Source: an uncultured bacterium (GTDB lineage: Bacteria > Margulisbacteria > WOR-1 > CAVSGV01). From it: DNA of 32,000 nucleotides. The stretch lies in contig OY969425.1 in NCBI GenBank assembly GCA_963699255.1, positions 240,001 to 272,000 of the forward strand, read 5' to 3'. Made by a program: the position numbers and the translations under genes. Shown here piece after piece: positions 8,071-16,380 of this stretch (the first letter of the stretch is position 1; each line of letters opens with the position of its first letter). The notes under the pieces were generated by a model. It searched no databases. It was given only the letters and a program-made list of their open reading frames with translations, and had not been told where the DNA came from.

Positions 8071-8854
8071 GCACCACAGAAGCGCACATCTATGAGATCT
8101 TTTCCTCATTTCAAGGCGAAGGCCTCTACATAGGGGAACGGCAGATATTCATCAGATTTTTGATGTGCAACATGAGCTGCGCGTATTGCGACAGTCCGGA
8201 AAGCCTCACGCCCCAGAAAACGTTCAGGGTTGAAGAAACCCCCGGGAATAAAGATTTCAAGACATTCAACAATCCGGCGACAATAGATCAGATCTCCGGT
8301 TTTATCGATCAGCTAAAAGGGCAGAAAGGGCTTCATCACAGTGTTTCCATAACCGGAGGCGAGCCTCTTCTTCAGGTCGATTTTCTTAAGAATCTTCTCC
8401 CGAAGATCAAGGAAAAAGGCTTGAAAGCTTATCTTGAGACGAACGGCACCATGCCTGACAGGCTTTCTGAAATAATCGATCTTGTCGATATCGTGGCCAT
8501 GGATTTCAAGCTGCCGAGCATGACAGGGGAATCCGACAGGCTGCAGGAACACAAAAAAGCTCTCGAGGCGTCGACATCCCGCCTTCGCGAAGGCTTCGGC
8601 GGGCAGGCACAGATGTGTTCGTGAAGATCGTCATCGGAAAACAGACAAAGCCTGTTGAGATAGAGAACGCCTCAAAAGCCATATCGGAGGTAAACAGCGA
8701 GATACCGCTGGTGCTTCAGCCGGTCACGCCCGTAAGAGAAATAAAACACGGCCCCACCCCTGAGCAGATGTTTTCCTTTCACGCCATCGCCAAGAGGCAC
8801 TTGAACAGCGTGAGGGTCATTCCGCAGGTTCACAAGCTTCTCGGACAGCTCTGA
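8067..8854 (+). pseudogene. queE: 7-carboxy-7-deazaguanine synthase QueE (radical SAM), interrupted. N-terminal part 8067-8624 and C-terminal part from 8615 lie in different frames
   Basis: CNMSCAYC (CX3CX2C) and FQGEG motifs in part 1. Conserved QueE C-terminus VRVIPQVHKLLGQL in part 2. The frame changes across a 35-nt GC-rich segment. Confidence 0.8.
8577..8611 (+). other. 35-nt GC-rich palindromic insert (32-nt core plus repeated ACA) disrupting queE
   Basis: tcccgccttcgcgaaggcttcggcgggcaggc+aca. Perfect 14-nt palindrome 8581-8594, stem cccgcc/ggcggg. Flanked by ACA at 8574-8576 and 8609-8611. Removal restores ...EAST|DVFVKIV... Confidence 0.55.
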
Positions 8855-8872
8855 TGCAAACGTAAAATACGC

Positions 8873-8901
8873 TTGACTACGGGGCGGGGCGCTTTTAGAA
8901 T
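8873..8901 (+). promoter_or_regulatory. Candidate sigma70-type promoter for the small zinc-ribbon gene
   Basis: TTGACT (8873-8878), 17-nt spacer, TAGAAT (8896-8901). Confidence 0.5.
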
Positions 8902-8945
8902 ACACAGTAGAAACAGAGAATTATTAATTGACTAGGAGGTGAATT

Positions 8946-9095
8946 ATGGCAGAGGTAAAGGCTTATTGCGTAAAGTGCAAAAAGAAACAGACAATGGAAG
9001 GCGCGAAAGAAATAACCATGAAGAACAAGAGGAAAGCAATGACGGGGAAATGCCCCAAATGCGGCACAAAGATGTTCAGGATCGGTGGAATGTAA
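8946..9095 (+). CDS. Small zinc-ribbon protein, 49 aa (DUF5679-like): MAEVKAYCVKCKKKQTMEGAKEITMKNKRKAMTGKCPKCGTKMFRIGGM
   Basis: Not in the ORF track because it is under 60 aa. Perfect SD aggagg 7 nt upstream of the ATG. Two CxxC pairs (CVKC, CPKC). Own promoter and a strong terminator. The listed 69-aa ORF 8939-9148 is the wrong frame. Confidence 0.8.
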   Translation: MAEVKAYCVKCKKKQTMEGAKEITMKNKRKAMTGKCPKCGTKMFRIGGM

Positions 9096-9112
9096 ATAGA
9101 TTTTCGCTCAAT

Positions 9113-9159
9113 AAAGCTACCAAGTGGGTCATTTTTACCGCTTGGTAGCTTTTTCTTTT
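9113..9159 (+). terminator. Rho-independent terminator
   Basis: 12-bp stem aaagctaccaag / cttggtagcttt (9113-9124 / 9141-9152), running into ttttctttt. Confidence 0.8.
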
Positions 9160-9160
9160 G

Positions 9161-9249
9161 CCTCACCCCCGTCCCCTCTCCACTTTATGGAGAGGGGAGC
9201 TTAGTAAAAACTTTAGTAGATTATGATTCCAATAAACTTTGGGGTGAGG
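9161..9249. repeat. 89-nt element bounded by perfect 9-nt inverted repeats, with an internal 9-bp hairpin (MITE/REP-like)
   Basis: cctcacccc (9161-9169) pairs with ggggtgagg (9241-9249). Internal stem cccctctcc/ggagagggg (9173-9181 / 9189-9197) with loop actttat. Confidence 0.6.
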
Positions 9250-9265
9250 TATAATATCCAATATT

Positions 9266-10084
9266 ATGCCAGCGGATTTGCATATTCACTCAAACTTCTC
9301 AGACGGATTGTTATCCCCCGAAGAAATAGTAAGAAAGGCGCGAGATGCGGGGCTCACGGTCATAGCCATTACCGACCACGATACCGTCGACGGCATTGGC
9401 CCGGCTATCGCCGAAGGGGAAAAAATCGGGGTAAAGGTAATACCAGGCATAGAGTTCACGACCGATACGAAAGATAATGAGATACACGTACTCGGATATT
9501 ACATCGATTACAAGGCGCAGTGGTTGCGACAGCTCCTCCAGAAGATCCGGGAGGACCGTAAGAACAGGATATATAAGATAGTCGATAAGCTGAAAGAGCT
9601 TGGGGTGGACATAAACGCCCAGGAAGTGCTGGCGCTCGCAGAGAACGGGTCCGCCGGAAGGCCGCACGTGGCAAGGATGCTCATACAGAAGGGCATAGTT
9701 AAGAATATTCCGGAAGCTTTTAATAAATATCTTGTTCGCGGGGCTCCCGCTTACGTTCCTCACTTCAGGCTTAGTCCTGTGGAAGCGGTGCAGACCATCG
9801 TTAAAGCGGGGGGTATACCGGTTTATGCTCACCCGGCCGTTTCAAATTCTGACGAAATAATACCTGAACTCATGGCGAAAGGGTTGGCAGGGATCGAGGT
9901 TTATTACGGCAAAAATTCCGATGCTCAGGTGAAGCATTACCGCGCGCTTGCAGAAAAGTACGGGCTCCTTATGACAGGGGGCTCGGATTTTCACGGGTTC
10001 GGGACCGGGAGAGACGTTTCTCTGGGGGACGTGAATCTTCCCGACGACCGCATATTAGAACTGGAGGAGCATTTAAAAAAATGA
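9266..10084 (+). CDS. PHP-domain phosphoesterase (TrpH/YciV-like)
   Basis: N-terminal DLHIHSNFSDG and ITDHDT metal-binding motifs, C-terminal GGSDFHG. About 270 aa. Confidence 0.85.
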   Translation: MPADLHIHSNFSDGLLSPEEIVRKARDAGLTVIAITDHDTVDGIGPAIAEGEKIGVKVIPGIEFTTDTKDNEIHVLGYYIDYKAQWLRQLLQKIREDRKNRIYKIVDKLKELGVDINAQEVLALAENGSAGRPHVARMLIQKGIVKNIPEAFNKYLVRGAPAYVPHFRLSPVEAVQTIVKAGGIPVYAHPAVSNSDEIIPELMAKGLAGIEVYYGKNSDAQVKHYRALAEKYGLLMTGGSDFHGFGTGRDVSLGDVNLPDDRILELEEHLKK

Positions 10085-11205
10085 GGCCGGAAAATCAGAC
10101 ATTCGTTGAGATATGCGTTCCGAACATATTACATAATATAAGGCAGCTCAAAAAGCTTCTTGATCGGAACGTGAAATTTATGGCCGTCGTTAAGGCGGAT
10201 GCTTATGGACACGGGGCCGTGCCTGTTTCGAAGGCCATAGAGAAAAACGTGGATTATCTGGCGGTCGCGACGCTTTCTGAAGCCGTTGAATTAAAAAGAT
10301 CCGGGATCAAAAAGCCGATATTGCTCCTTGGTGAAACGCATCTGTCGAATGCGGAAGATGTCGTCAGGGACGGTTTCATCCAGACGGTGTATACCCTTCC
10401 TTTCGCGAAAGCGCTGTCGAACGCCGCAACCAGGTTAAAGAAGAAGACAAGAGTGCACCTGAAAATAGATACGGGAATGGGAAGGATAGGCGTTCATTTT
10501 GGGAAAGCCGACGACTTGTTTGAAAAGATTATGGAGCTTCCGAACATAGAAATTGAGGGTATTTTCACCCATTTTGCTGGGGCGGAGGAAATGGATGAAT
10601 TCACATCCGAACAGCTGAAAAGGTTCAGGTCGTTCATTTCAAGGATCGATTCCGCCGGGTATATTTTGCATGCCGCGAACAGCGCAGCGACCCTTTTCCA
10701 CAAGGAAAGCCATCTTGATATGGTCAGGGTCGGGCTTTCCATGTACGGGCTCTATCCTCCCGGGGGGCGCGGTCACGCTATCAAGCTGAGACCGGCTCTT
10801 GAATTTAAGACCCGTGTCATATATATGAAGAGGATCCCCGCCGGGACCCCGTTAAGTTACGGGTCTACATATGTTGCGGGAAAAGAAACGAACATTGCGA
10901 CGCTGCCTGTCGGTTACGCGGACGGGCTTCCGAGAGCGCTGTCAAATAAAGGGGAAGTTTTGATAGGGGGAAAGCGGCATCCGATAGTCGGGAGGATATG
11001 CATGGACATGACGCTGGTCGATGTGGGCAATTCAAAAGTAAACCCCAACAATTCTGTTGGGGTAAAAGTGGGAGACGAGGTTGTTTTGATAGGGCGTCAG
11101 GGAAAAGAGATCATTTCAGCGGATGAAGTGGCCCAACTGGCTGATACAATAAGCTACGAGATAATTTGCGGAATAGGGAAAAGGGTCACAAGAATATATG
11201 TTTGA
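10081..11205 (+). CDS. alr: Alanine racemase
   Basis: PLP-lysine motif AVVKADAYGHG, C-terminal beta domain with PVGYADG and GRICMD motifs. ATGA overlap with the upstream gene. Confidence 0.9.
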   Translation: MRPENQTFVEICVPNILHNIRQLKKLLDRNVKFMAVVKADAYGHGAVPVSKAIEKNVDYLAVATLSEAVELKRSGIKKPILLLGETHLSNAEDVVRDGFIQTVYTLPFAKALSNAATRLKKKTRVHLKIDTGMGRIGVHFGKADDLFEKIMELPNIEIEGIFTHFAGAEEMDEFTSEQLKRFRSFISRIDSAGYILHAANSAATLFHKESHLDMVRVGLSMYGLYPPGGRGHAIKLRPALEFKTRVIYMKRIPAGTPLSYGSTYVAGKETNIATLPVGYADGLPRALSNKGEVLIGGKRHPIVGRICMDMTLVDVGNSKVNPNNSVGVKVGDEVVLIGRQGKEIISADEVAQLADTISYEIICGIGKRVTRIYV

Positions 11206-11237
11206 AATGTGAAGATGTCGGTTGAATTCCGCGTCTT

Positions 11238-12734
11238 TTATATTTCGTCGTTCCCGCCCAGTTGTCTTTCAAGACGTAACGTGTGCCTCATTGCCCAGTC
11301 TTGTAATGCCTGAACAGTCTTGCCCGATTTCTTATATTCTTTTCCGCGTTGAATGTATATAGGCTCCGGTGTGGAGCTTTTTCCGATTGCCGTGGTGTAA
11401 TCTTTGACCGCATTTTCGTGCTCGTGCATTTTACTGTATACATCCCCGCGCATGCAATAGTAGGATTCGATATCTTTAGGGTTATTATTGATCGCATCTG
11501 TAAAAGCTGTGATAGCCGAGTTGAAGTCCTCGTTAGCTTTTGCCTTACAAGCATCTTTATCCGCTTTTTCCGTTGCATATTCGATCGAATCCTTTAAGGC
11601 GCTTCCGCGAGCGCTGTATGCTAATCCGATAGCATAATATAGCCGTGGATTATCAGGAGATGAGCGTAGCGCCTCTTTATAATTGTCTATTGCAGCATTA
11701 AAATCATTCAATGCCAAGTCATGTTCTTCCTTTCCCCATTTACCCCATTCTATCTTCGAGGCTTTTTCATGTGACCTGCCGGAGAGATAGTATACATTGG
11801 CGAGTTCCAGATATGCGGATGACGGGACCGGAGTGCTCTTGCTATTGATCAGGATGTTGAAATCTTTGATCGCCAGGTCCTTGTAGAGAGCTTTTTTATC
11901 CTGGTCGATTGCATTTTGCATTAATTTCGTGTATGCATAGCCGCGGTTTTGGAGAGCTGTTATCTGGTCAAGGGTTAATTTGTTTGGATCCGAGATAGGC
12001 GAATTCTCGAGCAATATGTTGGCATTGTCCACTGCCAAAAGGTAATGATCATTGCCCTCCAGTTTATTAAGTGCTTTCGCCTGGTTATTGAGATACTCCG
12101 GGCGGTTACCGCCATATTGGATCGCACGGTTATAGCTGTTTATTGCCGAGTTCAACTGATTCGTGCTTAATTTGCCGCTTCCATGCGTACGATGCATTTC
12201 ATAAGCATCTCTATTAGCTTCCCCTAAGGCCTTATACGCATTTCCGCGATAATACCAGGCATCCGCAAGGGCTTTCGAAGTGTCATCATTAAGATCTTTC
12301 GCTGATTCGGGGTCATTTTTTACCTGCTCATTTTTTTTCAACATATTGAATTTGATCGCCACATCCAGGTCCTTGATCGCCTTTTCATATTCATTTAATT
12401 TATACTGAGCAAGACCACGATTATAGTAGGCATCTGCATAGTTAGGGTTTAATTTAAGCGCACTGGTAAAATCTTTGACCGCCGCTTCATATTCACCTAA
12501 TTGATAGTGTGCAAGCCCGCGAACCACGTAGTCAGATGCAACAAAGTTAGACTTCGCAAAATCGTCCGGTATTTGAGCTGTTTTTTGTGGGTCTATATTC
12601 GGATCGACATTAATATTGACGTGGTCATCTGTGTCGAGCTTCTGCTCTATAAGCACATGTTTAGTAGAAGGCGTCATTTTTTTGTACCACGGAGAAACGC
12701 CGTTAGAATTGTTGCCTACACCGGACACCGACAT
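11238..12734 (-). CDS. Tetratricopeptide (TPR) repeat protein, 498 aa, function unknown
   Basis: Repeated A..YY.RG.AY..LG.Y..AI.D...AI..NP units along the whole protein. Strong SD aggagggg upstream. It is the only minus-strand gene in its neighbourhood. Confidence 0.8.
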   Translation of the reverse strand: MSVSGVGNNSNGVSPWYKKMTPSTKHVLIEQKLDTDDHVNINVDPNIDPQKTAQIPDDFAKSNFVASDYVVRGLAHYQLGEYEAAVKDFTSALKLNPNYADAYYNRGLAQYKLNEYEKAIKDLDVAIKFNMLKKNEQVKNDPESAKDLNDDTSKALADAWYYRGNAYKALGEANRDAYEMHRTHGSGKLSTNQLNSAINSYNRAIQYGGNRPEYLNNQAKALNKLEGNDHYLLAVDNANILLENSPISDPNKLTLDQITALQNRGYAYTKLMQNAIDQDKKALYKDLAIKDFNILINSKSTPVPSSAYLELANVYYLSGRSHEKASKIEWGKWGKEEHDLALNDFNAAIDNYKEALRSSPDNPRLYYAIGLAYSARGSALKDSIEYATEKADKDACKAKANEDFNSAITAFTDAINNNPKDIESYYCMRGDVYSKMHEHENAVKDYTTAIGKSSTPEPIYIQRGKEYKKSGKTVQALQDWAMRHTLRLERQLGGNDEI

Positions 12735-13021
12735 TTTAAACCCCTCCTAATGTATGGCGCCAAAGCCCAGAGAAATTGCGCGCCATTTCAGGGAAAAGAC
12801 ACTCCATTCTATGAATACTATCGGGATAATTCGCCAAAGACTTGCATGTGGATCAGCTTAAAGATGTTGGCTCTTTGGCCTTATATTTCCCCTCTACTAT
12901 ATATATCGTCAAAATTGGGCAAAAATTTCATTCGGCATACCAAGCAAAGCCGTGTGGAATGTGGCATTTTTTGATGTTTTGGAGTATGATTGATGGCGTG
13001 GAAGGGGCAGAGTGGTGACAT

Positions 13022-14587
13022 ATGGCAAGTGATCAGACCTACGTACCTTTATATAGGAAATGGCGGTCGCAGAACTTTGAGGAAATAGTCGGACAGGGAT
13101 TCATCGTCCAGACCCTTAAGAACGCCATAAAGGGCGGCAGGATCTCGCATGCTTATCTTTTTTCCGGCCCCAGAGGGACGGGGAAAACGAGCACAGCGAG
13201 GATATTCGCGAAGGCGCTTAACTGCGTTAAAGGTCCCACTCCGAACCCCTGCGGGACATGCGACCAGTGCGTAAAAATAAAGAACGGTCATGCCATAGAT
13301 GTCGTTGAGATCGATGCCGCATCGAACAGGGGGATCGATGAGATCCGGGACCTGAGGGAAAAAGTAAGGTATGTTCCCGTTGAAGGGAAATACAAGATCT
13401 ATATAATCGACGAAGTCCACATGCTTACTTCCGAGGCTTTCAACGCGCTTCTTAAGACCCTGGAAGAACCTCCTCAGCACGTGGTTTTCATTCTGGCCAC
13501 GACCGAGCCCCAGAAAGTCCCCGTAACGATATCCTCCAGGTGCCAGAGGCTTGATTTCAAGAGACTCTCGAATCAGGAGATCGTCGCTCAATTAAAGAAG
13601 ATCGCGGATGCCGAAGGCGTTAAACTGGATGACGCCGCCGCGCCTCTGATAGCGAGGAATTCGGAAGGGTCAATGAGGGATGCTATATCGCTCTTTGATC
13701 AACTTGTTTCTTTCAGCGGAAAGAGCATTAAGGGAGATGATGTTATCGCGGTCCTTGGCACCGCCAGCACGGACCTTGTTTTTGAATTCGGCAGCGCTCT
13801 CGGCAGGGGAGATGTGAGCAAACTGTTTGAACTTGTGAATAAGATGGGTTCCTCGGGCAGAAGCATTCCGCAGGTGACAAAGGACATACTTCTTCATTTA
13901 AGGAACCTCATGCTTGTTTTGCTTAACAGCGAATCTATCATTGAGGAATCATCAGAGCATCTTGCGAAACTGAAGGAACAGGCCAGGTCCTTCACCCTCG
14001 ACAGGATAAAGGAAATGATGAGGATAATATCCAGGGCCGAGGTCGATATGAAATGGCATCCACAGGCAAGGCTTTTACTTGAGGTGGCGGTCATGGAATG
14101 TTGCAGAGGCTCGACCCAATCCCAGGAAATTAAGGAAGCCGAGAAAAAGGAGATCGAAGTAAAAAGTCCGGCCAAGCCTGAGCCGGACATAAGATCTGAG
14201 TCGAATATCAAAGCTGGCCCGAGCACCGTCAAACCCGAGCCGAACATCAGGGCTGAAAAATCGGGGGATATTTACGACTTGAGGTCAAAATGGGTGAAGA
14301 TCCTTGAAGAGGTCAAAAAGAAGAATGTTTTCGCTTTCATTTCGCTGCACGAAGGGGATCCTTTCAGGCTGGATGACGGAAAGCTGATAGTTAGATTCAA
14401 GAAGGGATTCGCTTTCCATAAGGGAAGGCTGGAAGAAGATTCGGCAAGATCCGTTGCGGAGGAGGCCGTCAAAAAGGTATCGGGCAAGGACATAAAGCTG
14501 GAATGCATCATTGATAATACCGCTTCTGCTCCTGAAGAGATCTCGTCCAAAGTGGCCGAATTGTTCAGCGGTCAGGTGATATCGTAA
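13022..14587 (+). CDS. dnaX: DNA polymerase III subunit gamma/tau
   Basis: Walker A GPRGTGKTS, zinc module CGTCDQC, DEVH box, sensor SRCQ. Classic dnaX-ybaB-recR synteny. Confidence 0.9.
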   Translation: MASDQTYVPLYRKWRSQNFEEIVGQGFIVQTLKNAIKGGRISHAYLFSGPRGTGKTSTARIFAKALNCVKGPTPNPCGTCDQCVKIKNGHAIDVVEIDAASNRGIDEIRDLREKVRYVPVEGKYKIYIIDEVHMLTSEAFNALLKTLEEPPQHVVFILATTEPQKVPVTISSRCQRLDFKRLSNQEIVAQLKKIADAEGVKLDDAAAPLIARNSEGSMRDAISLFDQLVSFSGKSIKGDDVIAVLGTASTDLVFEFGSALGRGDVSKLFELVNKMGSSGRSIPQVTKDILLHLRNLMLVLLNSESIIEESSEHLAKLKEQARSFTLDRIKEMMRIISRAEVDMKWHPQARLLLEVAVMECCRGSTQSQEIKEAEKKEIEVKSPAKPEPDIRSESNIKAGPSTVKPEPNIRAEKSGDIYDLRSKWVKILEEVKKKNVFAFISLHEGDPFRLDDGKLIVRFKKGFAFHKGRLEEDSARSVAEEAVKKVSGKDIKLECIIDNTASAPEEISSKVAELFSGQVIS

Positions 14588-14603
14588 CCTTGGCAAGAAT
14601 TAA

Positions 14604-14629
14604 GAGCCTGAGGCTAAACGCCTCGGCTC
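14604..14629. repeat. GC-rich REP-like hairpin just after dnaX
   Basis: gagcctgagg / cctcggctc, 9 bp with a 1-nt bulge, loop ctaaacg. No U-tract follows. Confidence 0.5.
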
Positions 14630-14663
14630 CATAGGAATCAGCTGAAACCAACCAAAATATTTG

Positions 14664-14699
14664 GAACCGCGATGTTCAGTCGCAGGTTCTTAAATTTTA
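14664..14699 (+). terminator. Candidate intrinsic terminator between dnaX and ybaB
   Basis: gaaccgcga / tcgcaggttc stem with one bulge, 7-nt loop, followed by ttaaatttta. Confidence 0.45.
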
Positions 14700-14717
14700 T
14701 ATGCCCCAATATTTCCC

Positions 14718-14746
14718 TTGACACCAATAAAAAAGTGAGGTAAATT
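14718..14746 (+). promoter_or_regulatory. Candidate sigma70-type promoter abutting the ybaB start codon
   Basis: TTGACA (14718-14723), 17-nt spacer, TAAATT (14741-14746). The ATG is at 14753, only 6 nt after the -10 box. Confidence 0.5.
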
Positions 14747-14752
14747 ACCATC

Positions 14753-15064
14753 ATGATATTCGGGAATATGGGAGATATGATCGGCAAAGTAAAGAAAATG
14801 CAGGATGACTTTAAGAACGTCCAGAAAGAGCTTTCGCAGGCTATTTTTGAGGAAGAATCGGGGGGGGTAAGGGTCGTGGTTTCCGGAGATATGGAACTGC
14901 GCGAGTTAAAGCTGGACCCGAAGATATTAGAGAACAAGGATATTAAAAGGATCGAGTGGCTCATTTCCGATGCCGTGGACAAGGCCTTTACAAAAGCAAA
15001 AAATGAAGCGGCGAGCAGATTAAAAAAGATAACCGGCGGATTTTCGATCCCCGGTCTTTTTTAA
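14753..15064 (+). CDS. ybaB: YbaB/EbfC-family nucleoid-associated protein
   Basis: About 100 aa. N-terminal GNMGDMIGKVKKMQ..., central G.V.V...G, conserved position between dnaX and recR. Confidence 0.9.
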   Translation: MIFGNMGDMIGKVKKMQDDFKNVQKELSQAIFEEESGGVRVVVSGDMELRELKLDPKILENKDIKRIEWLISDAVDKAFTKAKNEAASRLKKITGGFSIPGLF

Positions 15065-15097
15065 TCGTGTTGGGTTAGATCAGGACAAAGGTAAATT

Positions 15098-15700
15098 ATG
15101 ACAGCAAGATATCCGGAGCCGATGGGACGCCTTATCACGGCACTCGCGAAAATGCCTGGCATAGGGCCAAAATCGGCGCAGAGGCTCGCTTTTTACATTC
15201 TGCAGACGTCAGACAGCGAAATAAAAGAATTGATAGACACCCTGCAGGAGACCAAGGAAAAAGTAGGGTATTGTTCGATCTGCTTTAATATCTCTGTGGA
15301 AGATCCCTGCGAGATATGCTCGGATGAAGGCAGGGACAAGAGCAAGATCTGTGTCGTGGCCCTTTCTCAAGATTTAATTGCGATTGAAAAGACCAGAGAG
15401 TATAATGGCCTCTATCATATCCTTGGTGGGGTGATTTCCCCATTGGATGGCGTGGGGCCCGAGAACTTAAGGACAAAGGAATTGCTGAAGCGGCTTAAAG
15501 ATGATGTTAAAGAGGTGATTCTGGCCCTGAACCCTACAGTAGAAGGGGAAGCAACGGTCATCTATTTGACGAAGCTGATCAAGCCGCTGGAAAAGAAGAT
15601 CACCCGTATCGCATACGGACTGCCTGTAGGCAGCGATATGGACTACGCTGATGAGGTTACGCTTACAAAAGCTTTTGAAGGAAGGCGAGAAGTTTCTTGA
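15098..15700 (+). CDS. recR: Recombination protein RecR
   Basis: HhH motif LPGIGPKSAQRLAF, C4 zinc finger CSICFN...CEIC, Toprim region. 200 aa. Confidence 0.95.
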   Translation: MTARYPEPMGRLITALAKMPGIGPKSAQRLAFYILQTSDSEIKELIDTLQETKEKVGYCSICFNISVEDPCEICSDEGRDKSKICVVALSQDLIAIEKTREYNGLYHILGGVISPLDGVGPENLRTKELLKRLKDDVKEVILALNPTVEGEATVIYLTKLIKPLEKKITRIAYGLPVGSDMDYADEVTLTKAFEGRREVS

Positions 15701-16380
15701 GCTGGTACCTTGATACATTATACAAGATAACATTTAGACCAATATTTTTTTATCAGGACATGCCAAAAGGGAAATGGCGTGAAGATCCTCTTTCTTTTGC
15801 CCTGGTTACCGGATGGATACTTGCTTTTGCACTTACCCTTGTCTTTTTCATCAACAGTTATTTGCCCACAGGCCTGAGCTTGATAGACGGCATACAGGGC
15901 CATAAGCTGATAATAGTAATACCGGTCCTTGCCGTCATGGGGTTCGCTTTTTTCACAATGACGGTCCTTATAGTGGGCGCGTTATTGATCGGTGCGATAC
16001 TCGGCCTGCTGTTTGTCTGCGCGGCAATCCTTAACTTTTTACTGATACTCCTTGGCGGAAAAGGGAATATTTTTGAGGTCGTTAAAGCGTCGCTTTATGC
16101 CAGCGCCTCCTTTCTGGCTGCTCTTTTAAACATATTTTTAATGTTACCTGTAAAGTACAAGCTAATGACGTTTTCAGACTGGATCACGGGAGAACGAGTG
16201 ATCTTTTATTGCGCGTGTGTGTATCTATACGGACTTTTCAGCATTTTGGGCAGGAAGACCCATAATGTGCCGAGGTGGAAAGCTTTTCTGGCCGCGACCG
16301 TTCCGTTCATCATACTGGTTTTGATGAATATTGTTCTGTCCGGGAAAGTACTGCCAAAGCTGTCGTCAATCCTCGGATAG
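15697..16380 (+). CDS. Polytopic membrane protein (Yip1-like topology), function unknown
   Basis: TTG start overlapping the recR stop; an alternative ATG lies at about 15760. About five hydrophobic helices by eye. No catalytic motif recognised. Confidence 0.55.
   Translation: MSWYLDTLYKITFRPIFFYQDMPKGKWREDPLSFALVTGWILAFALTLVFFINSYLPTGLSLIDGIQGHKLIIVIPVLAVMGFAFFTMTVLIVGALLIGAILGLLFVCAAILNFLLILLGGKGNIFEVVKASLYASASFLAALLNIFLMLPVKYKLMTFSDWITGERVIFYCACVYLYGLFSILGRKTHNVPRWKAFLAATVPFIILVLMNIVLSGKVLPKLSSILG

Noticed and set aside
8939-9148. 69-aa plus-strand ORF from the track
   Set aside because: Wrong frame. The SD-preceded frame starting at 8946 encodes a CxxC...CxxC zinc ribbon that ends before the terminator. 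The 69-aa frame runs through the terminator stem.
12501-12974. 157-aa plus-strand ORF spanning the TPR gene start and the intergenic region
   Set aside because: It is antisense to the TPR gene and its SD, with no SD of its own and no recognisable motif.
12735-13021. Possible SRP (4.5S/ffs) RNA upstream of dnaX, as in the Bacillus-type ffs-dnaX-ybaB-recR arrangement
   Set aside because: I looked for the conserved domain IV core (GGAAGCAGCC-type, with the symmetric loop) on both strands and did not find it. Only two modest stems are present (atggcgc/gcgccat and gccaaaga/tctttggc). An Rfam scan would settle it.
14131-14187. Possible dnaX gamma/tau -1 frameshift site: aaggaag, then G_AAA_AAG at 14143-14149, a tccggc/gccgga stem 18 nt downstream, and a -1 frame stop after 11 codons
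   Set aside because: The heptamer is not the canonical A_AAA_AAG because its first base is G. The hairpin is far from the site and short. Many bacteria make no gamma by frameshifting. It is suggestive in position (just after domain III) but too weak to call.
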